Positions 1-15,855 of a stretch of DNA of 64,000 bases are shown here, piece by piece. The notes beneath the pieces are model-generated. The model did not search any database and was not told where the DNA came from. It was given only the letters and a program-made list of their open reading frames with translations. Source of the stretch: Eledone cirrhosa (Eukaryota); NCBI GenBank assembly GCA_964016885.1, contig OZ024751.1, forward strand, positions 28,830,001-28,894,000, written 5' to 3'. The position numbers and the translations under genes are program-made. Within the stretch, counting starts at the first letter, position 1. Every line of letters begins with the position of its first letter.

Positions 1-38
<38 letters not shown>

Positions 39-97
39 TATACATATATATATACATATATATACATATATATACATACATATATATATATATATAA

Positions 98-130
<33 letters not shown>

Positions 131-185
131 CATATATATATAGCAAGATAATAATAAATGGAAACTATATTTATAAAACCATATT

Positions 186-250
186 TATTTTATTATATAT
201 ATTTCAAGGGCGACCGAGCCAAACTTGGTGCGCTTTCATCAGATAAAATA
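186..250 (-). ncRNA. Minimal type-I hammerhead ribozyme (Penelope-like element type)
   Basis: Minus strand reads tattttat-CTGATGA-aagcgcaccaagtttggctcggtcgccctt-GAAA-tatata-TA-ataaaata: perfect 8-bp stem I, intact core, hairpin stem II, palindromic short stem III. Confidence 0.75.
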
Positions 251-323
251 CAAAATTTGTTTTATAAATAACGACATACCCAAGGAAATCACACCTTAAC
301 TGTCCGAAATTCGCTGGATAGCG

Positions 324-390
<67 letters not shown>

Positions 391-469
391 TATACACATA
401 TATATATACACACACACACATATATATATATATACACACACACATATATATATATATATATACACACAC

Positions 470-515
<46 letters not shown>

Positions 516-568
516 TATATACAAACATACACACATATATATATATATTTATAGAGAGAGAGAGATAA

Positions 569-624
<56 letters not shown>

Positions 625-657
625 GTATATACATATACATATATATACATATGTATA

Positions 658-698
<41 letters not shown>

Positions 699-755
699 AT
701 ATATATACATACATACATATACATACATATATATATATACATACATATATATATA

Positions 756-787
<32 letters not shown>

Positions 788-919
788 CATATATACACAT
801 ACATACATATACATACATATATATATATACATTGTTTGTAATGCGAAGAAATACCTATGATGGGTAGTAGACAACTGATGATGGATAGTCCTAACTTCTA
901 TTTCTAATTCTTCCTTTAT

Positions 920-1028
<109 letters not shown>

Positions 1029-1299
1029 TGTGTGTGTGTGTAAACAGAGATATAGTATGTGAATGTGTGTGTGTGTGTGTGTATGTGTCAGTGTTTTTGT
1101 GCGTGTATTTGCGCGTGAGTGTCTGTGTGTGTGCGTACGCGCGTCTGTCTGTGTGCTCGCGTCTGTGTGTGTAGATGCTATTGATAAGGGTAGCGTGTGG
1201 AAGCACCAAAAGTCTTTCATGCCTTAACAGCTCTTAATTGATGCCAATCAAAACAGATTCCTTTATAGATATCGCTTTGATGTAATGGTGTCATTACTG

Positions 1300-1867
1300 A
1301 CAATGGGTCTTCCGTCGGTTTCTACGACGAGCAGTCAGTCGTTCTCCCAACAACCTCCGGCCCGTGAATGAACGTGTTAAGCGGTTGGTTATTTCACTAG
1401 CACGTGTAACCATAAACGTAATTCTCAGACAGAATATCTCTGTGACACAATACGTGTCAAAACTAGTTCTTTGAATAACATAAACAGCCCAGTCCGTCTT
1501 TTATCGTCGTGCAAGTGGTTGAGTATCCCGCAGACACGTGTAACCATAAAGTAATTCTTGGGCAGAACCTACGTGTCAAGGCTTGTTATTCGAATTACAA
1601 GTAAAGTCTATCTACCCAACGGGCTTCTAAACAATTTCCGTCTATCTACGGCTTGGGTCGACCCGAGGCAATGATGTCCACAATGCCACGTAGTGGGACC
1701 AAACTCAGGACCTCATGGTTCCAACTGAACTTTTTAACCACCTTTTGCCATACCTTCGTTGACGGTGTTGTATTATATAGATGTATTATATAATAAAATA
1801 TCATAAACACGCAAACAACATATATGTGGGTGTGTGTGTGTATGTGTGTGTAAATAGATTGAAAAAT

Positions 1868-1925
<58 letters not shown>

Positions 1926-2370
1926 AGTGTGTGCCCCAGCATGGCCTCAGCCGGATGGCTGGAACAGATAAAAGAGTATATGTGTATACATGTGTGTGTG
2001 TATGTATATATATATATATATATGTATGAAAATATGTATGTATGTATAAACATATATATATTTAGAGGTTGGGCTCTCCCGTGGAAAATAACACATGGCA
2101 TGAACGTCAATTCGGTGTTTATATGGCTGAGTATTCCACAAACACTAATGTGTGTGTACCCCAAACTAAATTCAGACACAGTATGACAAGGATGGACCCT
2201 TCGGCTGGCTGTCACGTAATATACTTTCAACAAAATATAACTGACAAGGTTTGAGACGACGACCCCCGAGGCTATAGTAAAGAGATACTTGCCCCAAGAT
2301 GCCATAGAGTGCCATTAAACTTCAGATCTCAGGATGGCAATGCGAATGTCTTAACCACTTCGGCTATACA
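1300..2370 (-). mobile_element. Two composite tRNA-SINE copies with a GTGGYTGAG..TCC.CAGACACGTG module (1300-1750, 2065-2370)
   Basis: Shared module and tRNA-like head at the right end (CCCGAGGC...TTAACCAC); homologous to 5228-5915. Confidence 0.6.
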
Positions 2371-2444
2371 TGCGTCCACCAAACAACAACAACACACACA
2401 TATATATATACATGTATATGTGTATGTATATGTGTCTGCGTGTG

Positions 2445-2495
<51 letters not shown>

Positions 2496-2773
2496 GTGTG
2501 TGTATATATATATATATATGTAATGAAATAGTTCTAGTCCTGTAGAAGTCATTTCTCTAATGAAATAAATAAACCTATAGTCTACTAACGTATTGAGTAC
2601 TTTTTCAATTAATTGTGGTCACCTCCTGATATACATCGAGAATCTATGTATGTATGTATGTGTATGTGTATATATTCTTTCATTAACATCACTCTTTCAC
2701 ACACACATATTTATATATATATATATAAACTCACAGACGTCTGTGAATATATATATATATAAACTCATAGACG

Positions 2774-2865
<92 letters not shown>

Positions 2866-3310
2866 AACTCACAGACATCTTGTATATATATATATATAAA
2901 CTCATAGACGTCTGTATATACACATATATATATATATATATGTATACACACACACAGACATACACAGATGTGTGTGTCTGTGTGTGTAATGATATAAACA
3001 TAACGAGAGATGCTCTGCAAGCAATGAGGTGTTTACTGAGTTAATTATAATTAACACGCCGGATTAATTAGGTGAAGTGATGGGACTACACCTTCATATG
3101 TTAGATATAGGTGCAATTGCTTGCTGCCAAGCAGCTTGTAAAGATTCTCTTAGGAAGGGCATCATCATCATTAACATGACTACATCCATGGCTATTGTCA
3201 CCTGTACCTTTATTGAACTAATTGAATAATTAAAGTGGTGGGACATCAGGTGTTCGAATTCAATGTCTGCTTTTGATTTTATTTATTTATAATTATTGTT
3301 GTTGTTGTTG

Positions 3311-3695
3311 TTTCATTTGAAAAGGTAAATCAGGATGGAGAGGCAAGTGCTCTCTTCCCAGCAATTTGTTGAAAGATGGGAGAGAGAGGCAAGCGTGACC
3401 CGAGTAAATGGGCCTGCTCTGAGTATGCACCTGTAGATTGAAGGTGAAGAACTGGGAGAGGGCACTTGCCGTGGTGGTCAGAGTCACCGGGGTTTTTTGA
3501 ATGGGCTTTCACCACGAGTGACCCTCGAAAGTCTCCCCCTCTATTGGGGAATTTTCCTTGCTATTTCCTTTGTTATTGTTTTTTTCTTTACACGCAGAAA
3601 TGCCCATTTGTACCGTCCTGTACCACCCTGTGCTGTCCTTAATGTTATACTTTATGTCAACCCTTGTGGTTAATAAAGAAAGCATTATTATTGTT
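3311..3695 (+). mobile_element. 3' end of a Tx1/L1-like LINE
   Basis: Reads FHLKR*IRMERQVLSSQQFVERWEREASVTRVNGPALSMHL* (E..F...W C-terminus typical of Tx1/L1 ORF2), then a T-rich 3' UTR, AATAAA and an (ATT)n tail. Confidence 0.5.
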
Positions 3696-3720
3696 GTTGT
3701 TAATGTTGTTATTATTATTA

Positions 3721-3950
3721 GGGTGGTGGGTTGGCAGAATCGTTAGAGCATCAGACGAAACACTAAGAAGCATTCAGTTACAGCCTTAACGTTATTGGGA
3801 TCAAATCCCGCCGAGGTTAGCTTTGACTTTCATCCATTACGGGGTCGATAAAATCAAGTACCAGTAACGCACTGGGGTCGATTTAATCAACTTTCTCCTC
3901 TCCCAAAATTGTTGGCCTTGTGCCTAAATCAGAAAATCAGAAACCGTTAT
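3721..3950 (+). mobile_element. tRNA-derived SINE with Nin/Deu-like central domain
   Basis: A-box TGGCAGAATCGTT, B-box-like GGATCAAATCC, core CTTTCATCC...GGGGTCGATAAAAT..AAGTACCAG. Confidence 0.8.
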
Positions 3951-4676
3951 TATGCAGGAGTAAGGGTTAATTATCTTCCTCTTTAAAAACAAAATACGAC
4001 TAAGAAAGGAGGGAGTACCCACGTGGTTACTGAATCTGCTAGAAATAGTTTCCAAATCTCCCTCAAATCATTCCACACTCAATTAGAAAAGGAGTAGCTG
4101 TCGTTAATAGAGTCATAGATTACTCAGTGTCTGGAGTGGTGGTGGAAATAGGGCGGAATGGGTCTGATTTGGGACCCGAATAGTGACAAAGTAAAAGAAA
4201 ATTTTGTGAAGGGCCGGACACAGAAGTAAATTCTAACAATCGGATCTTCTTACAAACCCTTGCTTACCCGTGGCCTGTGAGTCTCTAGTAATATTTGATA
4301 TATCAATTTAATATAAACTTTTTACTGAGCTGACTAGAAGCAGAATCGGTCGGATTAAGTTTGAATGGAGGGACCCTGGTTGAACATTTTCATCGGATCC
4401 CTTGCGTATATATAATATAAATATATACGTAGGTTGGGCGAGGATTCAGGACCCCCCGACATGAACTTTTTTCCCCCGGTGAGAATCATGAACATTCTGA
4501 TTGTCCATGGTACCCCGACCCCCGGCAATGAAGACAGGAAGAGACCAGACCATGTTATATACATACATATATGACGCACACACATATATATATATATGTG
4601 TATATATGGGCCCCGTTAATCCGCCACGAGGTACAAGCACCAACAGATGCAGTCAATAGTAACCATGGTCAGTATA

Positions 4677-5035
4677 TTACTGGTACTTAGTTTATTGACC
4701 TTGAATAAATAAAGAATAAAGTCGATTCCGGTGGGATTTGAACTCAGTCTGTTAACAGACAAAGCGACATATTTCTGTAGAACAATTCAATCAAGTTTTT
4801 CTTTTTTCTATTCTCAATAACCTCTTAATATTTATATTATATATTGGGTGGTAAATTGGGCAGAATTGGTTGAGCGTCGGATGTAATGCTGTTGTGATAT
4901 TTGTTCTGACTTTTTTTACATTCCTAGGTTAACTTTGCCTTTCATCAATCTGGGGCGAAGGCGATAAAATACCAGTAAAGTCCTGGGGTTGATGGCATCA
5001 ACCTTTCCTTTCATCCTTGACCATACTATTTCAGT
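4677..5035. mobile_element. Two divergently oriented degenerate copies of the same SINE (4677-4760 minus, 4846-5035 plus)
   Basis: GGGATTTGAACTCAG on the left copy; GTTAACTTTGCCTTTCATC...ACCAGT on the right copy. Confidence 0.65.
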
Positions 5036-5227
5036 CATGTAAATAATAATAATGTTTTTATTGGTCACAAGGGCCTACATATAGAGGACAATACAACAGA
5101 CAGGGGCATATACCAGCGCGGGAAGTTTAGCACCCTGTATATGTCGGTTTGTTTGTCTGTTGGGGTTTTTTTTTATACGTACAATAGCGTAAAGTTGATG
5201 TATTTCTGAAGAGCCCCTGGTGCAGTT

Positions 5228-5915
5228 GATGGGTCCTCCGTTGATTTCGACGATGATCATTCAGTTATTCGACCAACTGAACTTCCAACTCGTGAATTAA
5301 CATGTAATAAACGGTTGAGTGTCCCACAGACACGTGTAATATAGCCTTAACGTAATTCCCAAAAGGAAATCAGTGTCACACGATATGTGACGAGGCTGGG
5401 GTTTTTGAATTACAGGTTCAATCCATCTATCTACCCATCCGACGGGCTTCTACACAGTTTCCGCATACCCAATATAAGTGGCTGAGCATTCCACAAACAC
5501 GTGGACCCATAATGTAACTCTCAGGGAGATTCAACTCGGCACGGTGTATAACAAGACTGGCTCTTTAAATTACATATATAGTCCCCTTTATATTATAGTT
5601 TAAGTGGCTGAGCATCCCACAGACACATATACCTTTAATGTAATTCTCAGGGAGAACTTGTCACGGTGTATTACAAGAGTGGCTCTTTAAATTACAGATA
5701 TAGTTCACGTTGTATTATAGTTTAAGTGGCTGAGCATTTCACAAACACGTGTACCCCTTTAAATTGCAGGTAGGGTCCATTGGACGGGCTTCCAAACAGC
5801 TTCCATCTACCAAGTTTTACTTACAAAGCATGTGACACAAGACCAAGAGTCCATGATCGAACCCGGGACCTTGCCATTGGGAAGTAAACTTCCAAACCTT
5901 TCGCCCATGTTGCGT
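5228..5915 (-). mobile_element. Composite SINE with ~4 tandem ~120-bp internal modules
   Basis: G.GGYTGAG...CCACA.ACAC at ~5313, ~5478, ~5604 and ~5726; B-box-like GATCGAACCC near 5856. Confidence 0.65.
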
Positions 5916-5968
5916 CTACCTATCTATTTGTTTATGTATGCGAGTGTATATATATGTGTGTTTGTGTA

Positions 5969-6083
<115 letters not shown>

Positions 6084-6358
6084 CTTCTACAGGGCTAGAA
6101 CTGTTTCATTCGTTTATATGTATTAAGTTTTATACAAACAATAAATATTTTGCTACTGAAAGGATGGGGTTGTTATTAGTTTCTTCATAAATTTTTATTT
6201 GGGGGGAGAGATTGAAAAGGGTGTGATGTGGCGTTCTTTCCGTTCTCCAAAATGCATCACATTAATAATGAAAGGGAAAAATGAATAAGTTTCCAAACTG
6301 TTGATAGTTTTTATGGAAGAGGAATGTCCATGTGACGGTCAAACTATATATATGTATA

Positions 6359-6415
<57 letters not shown>

Positions 6416-6439
6416 TTATATATATATATATATATATAC

Positions 6440-6537
<98 letters not shown>

Positions 6538-6542
6538 GTATA

Positions 6543-6586
<44 letters not shown>

Positions 6587-6649
6587 TATACATATATATA
6601 CATTTATATATATACATTTATATATATACATTTATATATATATATATAC

Positions 6650-6691
<42 letters not shown>

Positions 6692-6747
6692 GTATATATA
6701 TATATATATATGTATATATTTATATATATATATATATATATATATAA

Positions 6748-6841
<94 letters not shown>

Positions 6842-6979
6842 GTGAAAAAATGGGGAGAAGAATACTGCTGGTTGCACATGGATAACATGTAATAAAATAA
6901 GTCCCTCATCAGTGATTTGCCGACGATCATAGATATTTCATTGCATTAAATATATACATATATATATATATATATATAA

Positions 6980-7018
<39 letters not shown>

Positions 7019-7025
7019 TATATAT

Positions 7026-7189
7026 AAAGGAAAAGAATTACTTCACTTGTAGTTCTAAACAATTTAATTTAATTTTATATTGTGATTTTACAATTTGGTT
7101 TTGTAGATCTACAAAACCAAATTGTAAAATCATAATATAAAATTAAATTAAACTGTTTAAAACTACAAGTGAAGTCATTCTTTTCCTTT
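7026..7189. repeat. Spacer-less palindrome (82-bp arms)
   Basis: Centre GTAGA|TCTAC at 7107/7108; arms are near-perfect reverse complements; flanked by (TA)n. Confidence 0.9.
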
Positions 7190-7213
7190 TTTTTTTTACA
7201 TATAACCTAATTG

Positions 7214-7297
<84 letters not shown>

Positions 7298-7357
7298 GAG
7301 GCGAAAGCGAGATCTCACTTCTTGTTTACATCTAACTTTACTACAAAGCTTGTAATA

Positions 7358-7577
7358 ATCTTTGATTTGACTTAAAGCCAGCAATTTTTGTGGGGAAGGG
7401 TCAAATAAATTGATTAAATCGACTACAGCATATTGACGGTTACCCTTATTTTATCATCGACCCTGGAAAAGATGAAAGGCAAAGTTGACCCGGCGGGATT
7501 TGAACTCAGAACGTAAACAGCCATAACTATATACTGAAAAGCATTTTCTCCGATGCTCTACAGATTCTTCCAATCCA

Positions 7578-7580
<3 letters not shown>
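7358..7580 (-). mobile_element. tRNA-derived SINE (Nin/Deu-like)
   Basis: ATCGACCC...GATGAAAGGCAAAGTTGACCCGGCGGGATTTGAACTCAG. Confidence 0.8.
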
Positions 7581-7613
<33 letters not shown>

Positions 7614-7747
7614 TTAATTAATTAATTAAGATTATTAATTACCGATTCTTTTGATAGAACAACCAAGTCAACCGATTATTTAAACAACCTTCTTGTGAAA
7701 AAGATATAGATTACTTGGAATGATAAATTCCCGCCATGAAACTACGT

Positions 7748-8241
7748 TAACCCCTTTCGTTACCATATTTCTAATGGAAAGACACTGCCTATAATATTCA
7801 GATCATTTTTGAAAATAATCAAACATTTGGAAGAATTTAGCCATGTAACATTATTAAGCTGGTGTTTGGAGCATAACTTATTAAACTTTCTTACAAGAAA
7901 TTATGATGGAACTCTTTACCATATTCCTAATGAAAGCTGCCTATAATTTTCAAATTATGATCAAATGTTTTTAGATGTAATGTAAACATTTGAACCCTTT
8001 TGTTACCATATCTCTAATCAACAATACACTGTCTATGATTTCTAAAATAATTTTGAAAAAAAAATCAAGAATTTGAAGAGCTTTAGTTATATAATTAACG
8101 TTATCATTATTAACTTAAAGATTCTTACATAAAATTATGATGTAAGGTTTTTAGATAAATATAAATATACTTAAAAATAAACAGTTTTGCATCGTAGAAG
8201 CAGGGACGGTTTTTTGGCGGGATTGGTCTCAGAAGGTTTAC
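7748..8241. mobile_element. piggyBac-like MITE with internal tandem subrepeats (related array ~37960-38790)
   Basis: Starts TTAACCCC; the TTTCGTTACCATATTTCT module repeats internally and three times at ~38145, ~38350 and ~38527. Confidence 0.5.
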
Positions 8242-9151
8242 AACAGACATTGAAAGTTGTCTAAGTTGGACAGACTGACAATCTACCGTTTGCGCCATTT
8301 TCACTAATATACAACTTAACGATAACTCTCTCTCTCTCTCTTCTCTTTCTCTCGTTACCAAAGTTTGGGGACGTGAAGCCAAGACCTATGTTTTTTTTTT
8401 GTGGTAAGAAGTGGTAAGTAAGAAGCTGTGTCATTAAGCTTTTCCCCCACTAAGGACATCAGAGTAAAAATAAATGAATAACTAAACAAATAGACAGATA
8501 AATACTTAAAGGGAGAAATAGAGTTTGGTCGTATTTGAACTTGTAATGTCAGTAACAGAACACACGGAAATAAAAAGAAAAGACTAAGCCAGAGAGTGTA
8601 TATTGTAGTATAAAGTTTGTATAGGTTGCATACATTTGTTGTGTTTACTTTCTTAGAGAGGGGTGGGGTGTAGGGTGGGGTCGAGACTAAGAAGAGGGCG
8701 TGGGGTGGGGTAAAGAGAAACATTGCCACCCACCCGTTCTAGGTAATAAAGTAGGAGAGCCTACTAAAGTCAGACAAGCACCTCCCTTTCACAGCAGGTA
8801 GGACCTCCCATACTATCGACCGATATGGGGCAAGAAAAATCAATCAGCTAATCGAAGTCGAGGATATGAATGAAAAATGATAAACAAGCACACTAGCTAT
8901 GATCGAAGTCAATGGGCCAAGTGTGCTCGACATGCTAGTGCAAGCACACAAACACACCAACTGAAACACACATGTACAAACACAATCACACCAACACAAA
9001 CACCTACACACACAAACACCCACACCAACACACACGTACGATGTACGAGTTCACTAACCTTAAACAACACTGGACAAAAACAATACCAGTGTTAAATGTG
9101 TGTACGTGTGTATATAGAAAAGCTTTATATATGTATCTATCTCTCTCTCTC

Positions 9152-9182
<31 letters not shown>

Positions 9183-9294
9183 ATATATTTATATATATAA
9201 GGAGAAACATGAGGAGACTAGCTTCTGATTCGAACACACCTTACAAGTACCAACGAGTTTGTTTTATATATACAAGGCGTTACCGAAGAAACAA

Positions 9295-9322
9295 ACAATA
9301 CATACATACATACACACATACT

Positions 9323-9360
<38 letters not shown>

Positions 9361-9623
9361 ATGTATAAATATATACACATATATATATATACACACACAC
9401 ATATATATATATATATATACACACACACATATATATATATACACATATATATATATACACATATATATATACGCATATATATATACACATATATATACAC
9501 ATATATATATACATATATATATATATATACACATATATATATACACACAGATATATATATGTATACACACATATATATTTATACACATATATATATTTAC
9601 AAACATATATATATATATATACA

Positions 9624-9685
<62 letters not shown>

Positions 9686-9774
9686 TATATATATATATAT
9701 ACACACACATATATATATATATACACACATATATGTATATACACACACATATATATATACACATATATATATAC

Positions 9775-9805
<31 letters not shown>

Positions 9806-10047
9806 CTCACATATATATATATACACATATATATATACACACATATATATATATACACATTATATATATATATATACACATATATATATATATACACACA
9901 CATATATATATACACACACATATATATATACACACACATATATATAGATACACATATATATATATATACACACATATATATATATACATATATATATATA
10001 CATATATATATACATATATATATACACATATATATATACACATATAT

Positions 10048-10088
<41 letters not shown>

Positions 10089-10265
10089 TATACACACATA
10101 TATATACACACATATATATATACACATATATATATACACATATATATATATATACACATATATATATACACACATATATATATATACATATATATATATA
10201 TAAGTACACACACATATACATATATACACACATATATATATATACACATATATATATACAGATAC

Positions 10266-10314
<49 letters not shown>

Positions 10315-10525
10315 CACACACATATATATATATACACACACACACATATATATATACACACATATATATATATATATACACATATATATATATATACACA
10401 TATATATATACACACATATATATACACACATATATATACACACACATATATATACACACACATATATATATACACACACATATATATATACACACACATA
10501 TATATATGTATATATATATACTCCT

Positions 10526-10559
<34 letters not shown>

Positions 10560-11179
10560 ATATACATATATATATATAAAACATATATATATACATATAT
10601 ATCTATACATATATATATATATATATACATATATATACATATACACATATATATACACACACATATATATATATACATATATATATATATACAATATATA
10701 CACATATATATACACACACATATATATATACATATATACATATATATATATACATATATATATATACATTTATACATATATATATACACATATATGTATA
10801 TACATATATATGTATATACATATATATATATATACATATATACATATATATATACATATATATACATTTATACATATATATACATTTATACATATATATA
10901 CATTTATACATATATATATACACATATATGTATATACATATATATATATACATATATATATATACATATATATATATACATATATATATACACATATATA
11001 TAAATACACATAAATATATACATATATATATACATATATATATACATATATATATATACATATATATATATACATATATACATATATATATATACATATA
11101 TATATACATATATATATACATATATATATATATATACATATATATATATCAACATATATATATACACATATATATATAC

Positions 11180-11226
<47 letters not shown>

Positions 11227-11253
11227 CATATATATATACATATATATATATAC

Positions 11254-11300
<47 letters not shown>

Positions 11301-11357
11301 CATATATATATATACATATATATATATATACATATATATATACATATATATATATAC

Positions 11358-11388
<31 letters not shown>

Positions 11389-11501
11389 CATATATATATA
11401 TACATATATATATATATACATATATATATATACATATATATATATATACATTTATATATATATACATATATATATATACATATATATATATATACATACA
11501 C

Positions 11502-11532
<31 letters not shown>

Positions 11533-11834
11533 CATATATATATATACATACACATATATATATATATATATACACATATATATATACACATTTATATATA
11601 TATACACATATATATATATATACACATATATATATATATACATATTTATATATATACATATATATATACATATATATATACATATATATACATATACATG
11701 TATATACATACACATATATACATACATACATATATATACATACACATATATACATACACATATATACATACATACATATATATACATATATACATATATA
11801 CATATATATACATACACATATATACATACATATA

Positions 11835-11875
<41 letters not shown>

Positions 11876-12048
11876 ACATACATATATATATAGATACACA
11901 TATATACAATCATATATATACTATACATACATATATATATATACATACATATATATATGCATATATATATATATACATATATATACACATAGATATATAT
12001 ATACATACATATATATATATGCATATATATACACATACATATATATAC

Positions 12049-12080
<32 letters not shown>

Positions 12081-12091
12081 ATATACATACA

Positions 12092-12132
<41 letters not shown>

Positions 12133-12252
12133 ATATATACATACATATATATATACATATACATATATATACACATATATATACTTACATATATATACAC
12201 ACATATATATACACACATATATACACACATATATACACACATATATATATAC

Positions 12253-12328
<76 letters not shown>

Positions 12329-12449
12329 GTAAATATATATGTATATATATATGTATATATATATGTATATATATATGTATATATATATATGTATATATCT
12401 GTATATATATATGTATATATATATATGTATATATATTGTATATATATAG

Positions 12450-12538
<89 letters not shown>

Positions 12539-12565
12539 CATATATATACATATACATATATATAC

Positions 12566-12596
<31 letters not shown>

Positions 12597-12699
12597 CATA
12601 TATATATACATACATATATATATACATACATATATATATACATACATATATATATACATATATATATATACATATATATATATACATATATATATATAC

Positions 12700-12744
<45 letters not shown>

Positions 12745-13177
12745 CATATATATATATACATATATATATATACATATATATATACATATATATATATATA
12801 CATATATATATACATATATATATATATACATATATATATACATATATATATACATATATATATACATATATATATACATATATATATATACACATATACA
12901 TACATATATATATATACATATATATATATACATATATATATATACATATATATATACATATATATACATATATATATACATATATATACATATATATATA
13001 TACATATATATATATACATATATATATACATATATATATATACATATATATATACATATATATATATACATATATATATACATATATATATATACATATA
13101 TATATATATACATATATATATACATACATATATATATACATATATATATATACATATATACATACATATATATATAC

Positions 13178-13244
<67 letters not shown>

Positions 13245-13950
13245 CATATATATACATATATATACATATATATACATATATATACATATATATACATATA
13301 TATACATATATATATACATATATATACATATATATATACACATATATATACATATATATATACATATATATACATATATATATACATATATATACATATA
13401 TATACATATATATATACATATATATACATATATATATACATACATATACATATATATATACATACACATACATATATATATCTACATACATATATATATA
13501 TATATATACATACATATATATATATATATACATACATATATACATACATATATATATATACATATATATATATACATATATATATATACATATATATATA
13601 TACATATATATATATACATATATATATACATATACATATATATATACATATATATATATACATATATATATATACATATATATATATACATATATATATA
13701 TACATATATATATATACATATATATATATACATATATATATATACATATATATATACATATATATATATACATATATATATACACATATATATATACATA
13801 TATATATATACATATATATATATACATATATATATACACATATATATATACATATATATATATACATATATTATTATTATACATATATATATATATACAT
13901 ATATATATATACATACATATACATATATATATATACATATATATATATAC

Positions 13951-13987
<37 letters not shown>

Positions 13988-14047
13988 CATATATATATAC
14001 ATATATATATACATATATATACATATATATATATACATATACACATA

Positions 14048-14079
<32 letters not shown>

Positions 14080-14370
14080 CATATATATATATATACATAT
14101 ATATATACATATATATACATATATATATACATATATATACATATATATATACATATATATACATATATATATATACATATATATATATACATATATACAT
14201 ATATATATACATATATATATACATATATATATATACATATATATACATACATATATATATATACATATATATACATACATATATATATATACATATATAT
14301 ACATATATATATATATACATATATATACATATATATATATATACATATATATACATATACATATATATAC

Positions 14371-14401
<31 letters not shown>

Positions 14402-14496
14402 CATATATATACATATATATATATACATATATATATATGTATATATATATGTATATATATATATATACATATATATATACATACATATATATATAC

Positions 14497-14527
<31 letters not shown>

Positions 14528-14739
14528 CATATATATATATACATATATATATACATACATATATATATACATACATATATATATATACATATATATATAC
14601 ATACATATATATATACATACATATATATATATATATACATACATATATATATACATATATATATACATATATATATACATACATATATATATACATATAT
14701 ATATACATATATATATACATATATATATATACATACATA

Positions 14740-14782
<43 letters not shown>

Positions 14783-14800
14783 ATAAAATATATGTATGAA
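9295..14800. repeat. ~5.5-kb compound (TA)n/(CATA)n microsatellite
   Basis: Almost uninterrupted purine-pyrimidine alternation. Confidence 0.95.
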
Positions 14801-15436
14801 ATTTGTAGTAAAAAACAAATTCCTACAAATTTCATACTTGAGGACCCAACATATATGAGAAAAACCCATTTTTTTTTGTTTTCGTTTCTTTTTGTAACTA
14901 AGTATGTACAACCTTGCAAGAACGTCAATGACTAAAGCCTACGAACAGAAAGTATTAAAAAAGAAATATACCATATACAAGAACCAAATAATCTAAGAGC
15001 CAGTTCTCACAAACTTAATCAGATTTCCCTGACACAATACCATTGGACATCACTTCAAATGCTAAAACAAAGCGCCAAATAGAAATTGGTTTCTTGTTTA
15101 AACAAAATCTCTCTCGAAAAAATAACTGTCCAAGTTTCTTGAGAATTTCTTATTTCTTCAATAAACTGTTCCGGGCCGAGAAAATTGTTTCTAGTACTTT
15201 TCATAAGTCTGTGGAAATCAATAGTTTTGAATTTAAATGAAAGAAAATCCTTCTAATTTATTGTAAAACAATTAAACACGATCCCTTTAACTACATAGGT
15301 TTAAAGTTATGTTTTTTTTCTTTTTCAGTTTAATCAGCAAATAATTTAATATACCTAAACCTAGAGATGGGTTGACGACACAAATTACTAACACACACAC
15401 ACACATACACACACATATATATATATCATATATATA

Positions 15437-15535
15437 CAGGGTGTCCCCCAAAATATATACACACTTTGATTACCTGTACAGGCAATATTTATTAGAATAA
15501 TGTTGAAGTGTATATACATGTTGGAGGGAAACACC

Positions 15536-15538
<3 letters not shown>
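15437..15538. mobile_element. Tc1/mariner-type MITE
   Basis: TIR CAGGGTGT...ACACCCTG in TA context; homologous to 49912-49986. Confidence 0.7.
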
Positions 15539-15597
<59 letters not shown>

Positions 15598-15820
15598 ATA
15601 GTAAGGGTGCAATTGGCTTGCGTTCACAGGCGATATTCCTTGATGAGCACTCTATGCTATTGGGGGAGCAGATTATATATATATATATATATATATATAC
15701 TACTGGTTTAGTTCGGATCTAGCTGTCGAAACTGCCGGATCTCAGCCGTCGGGGTCCTGACTCTTTTCATATATATATATATATATATATATAAGTTGAG
15801 GCTTCCAAAACGACCTAAAG

Positions 15821-15855
<35 letters not shown>

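Noticed and set aside
870-900. CTGATGA-tggatagtcc, and similar partial cores at ~6906, ~17795-17830, ~30652, ~33840-33890, ~36790-36815 and ~51063
   Set aside because: Missing or mutated GAAA/CUGAnGA or unmatched stem I; at best decayed relics, so not called as ribozymes.
7196-7384. ORF with RCKQE as a possible ONECUT exon 2 (CKRKE)
   Set aside because: No homeodomain follows; it runs into (TA)n and overlaps a SINE tail.
8972-14935. Very long ORFs (up to 1158 aa) of Y/I/H/T/M/C/V
   Set aside because: Stop-free translations of (TA/CA)n microsatellite; the same applies to most ORFs in the track.
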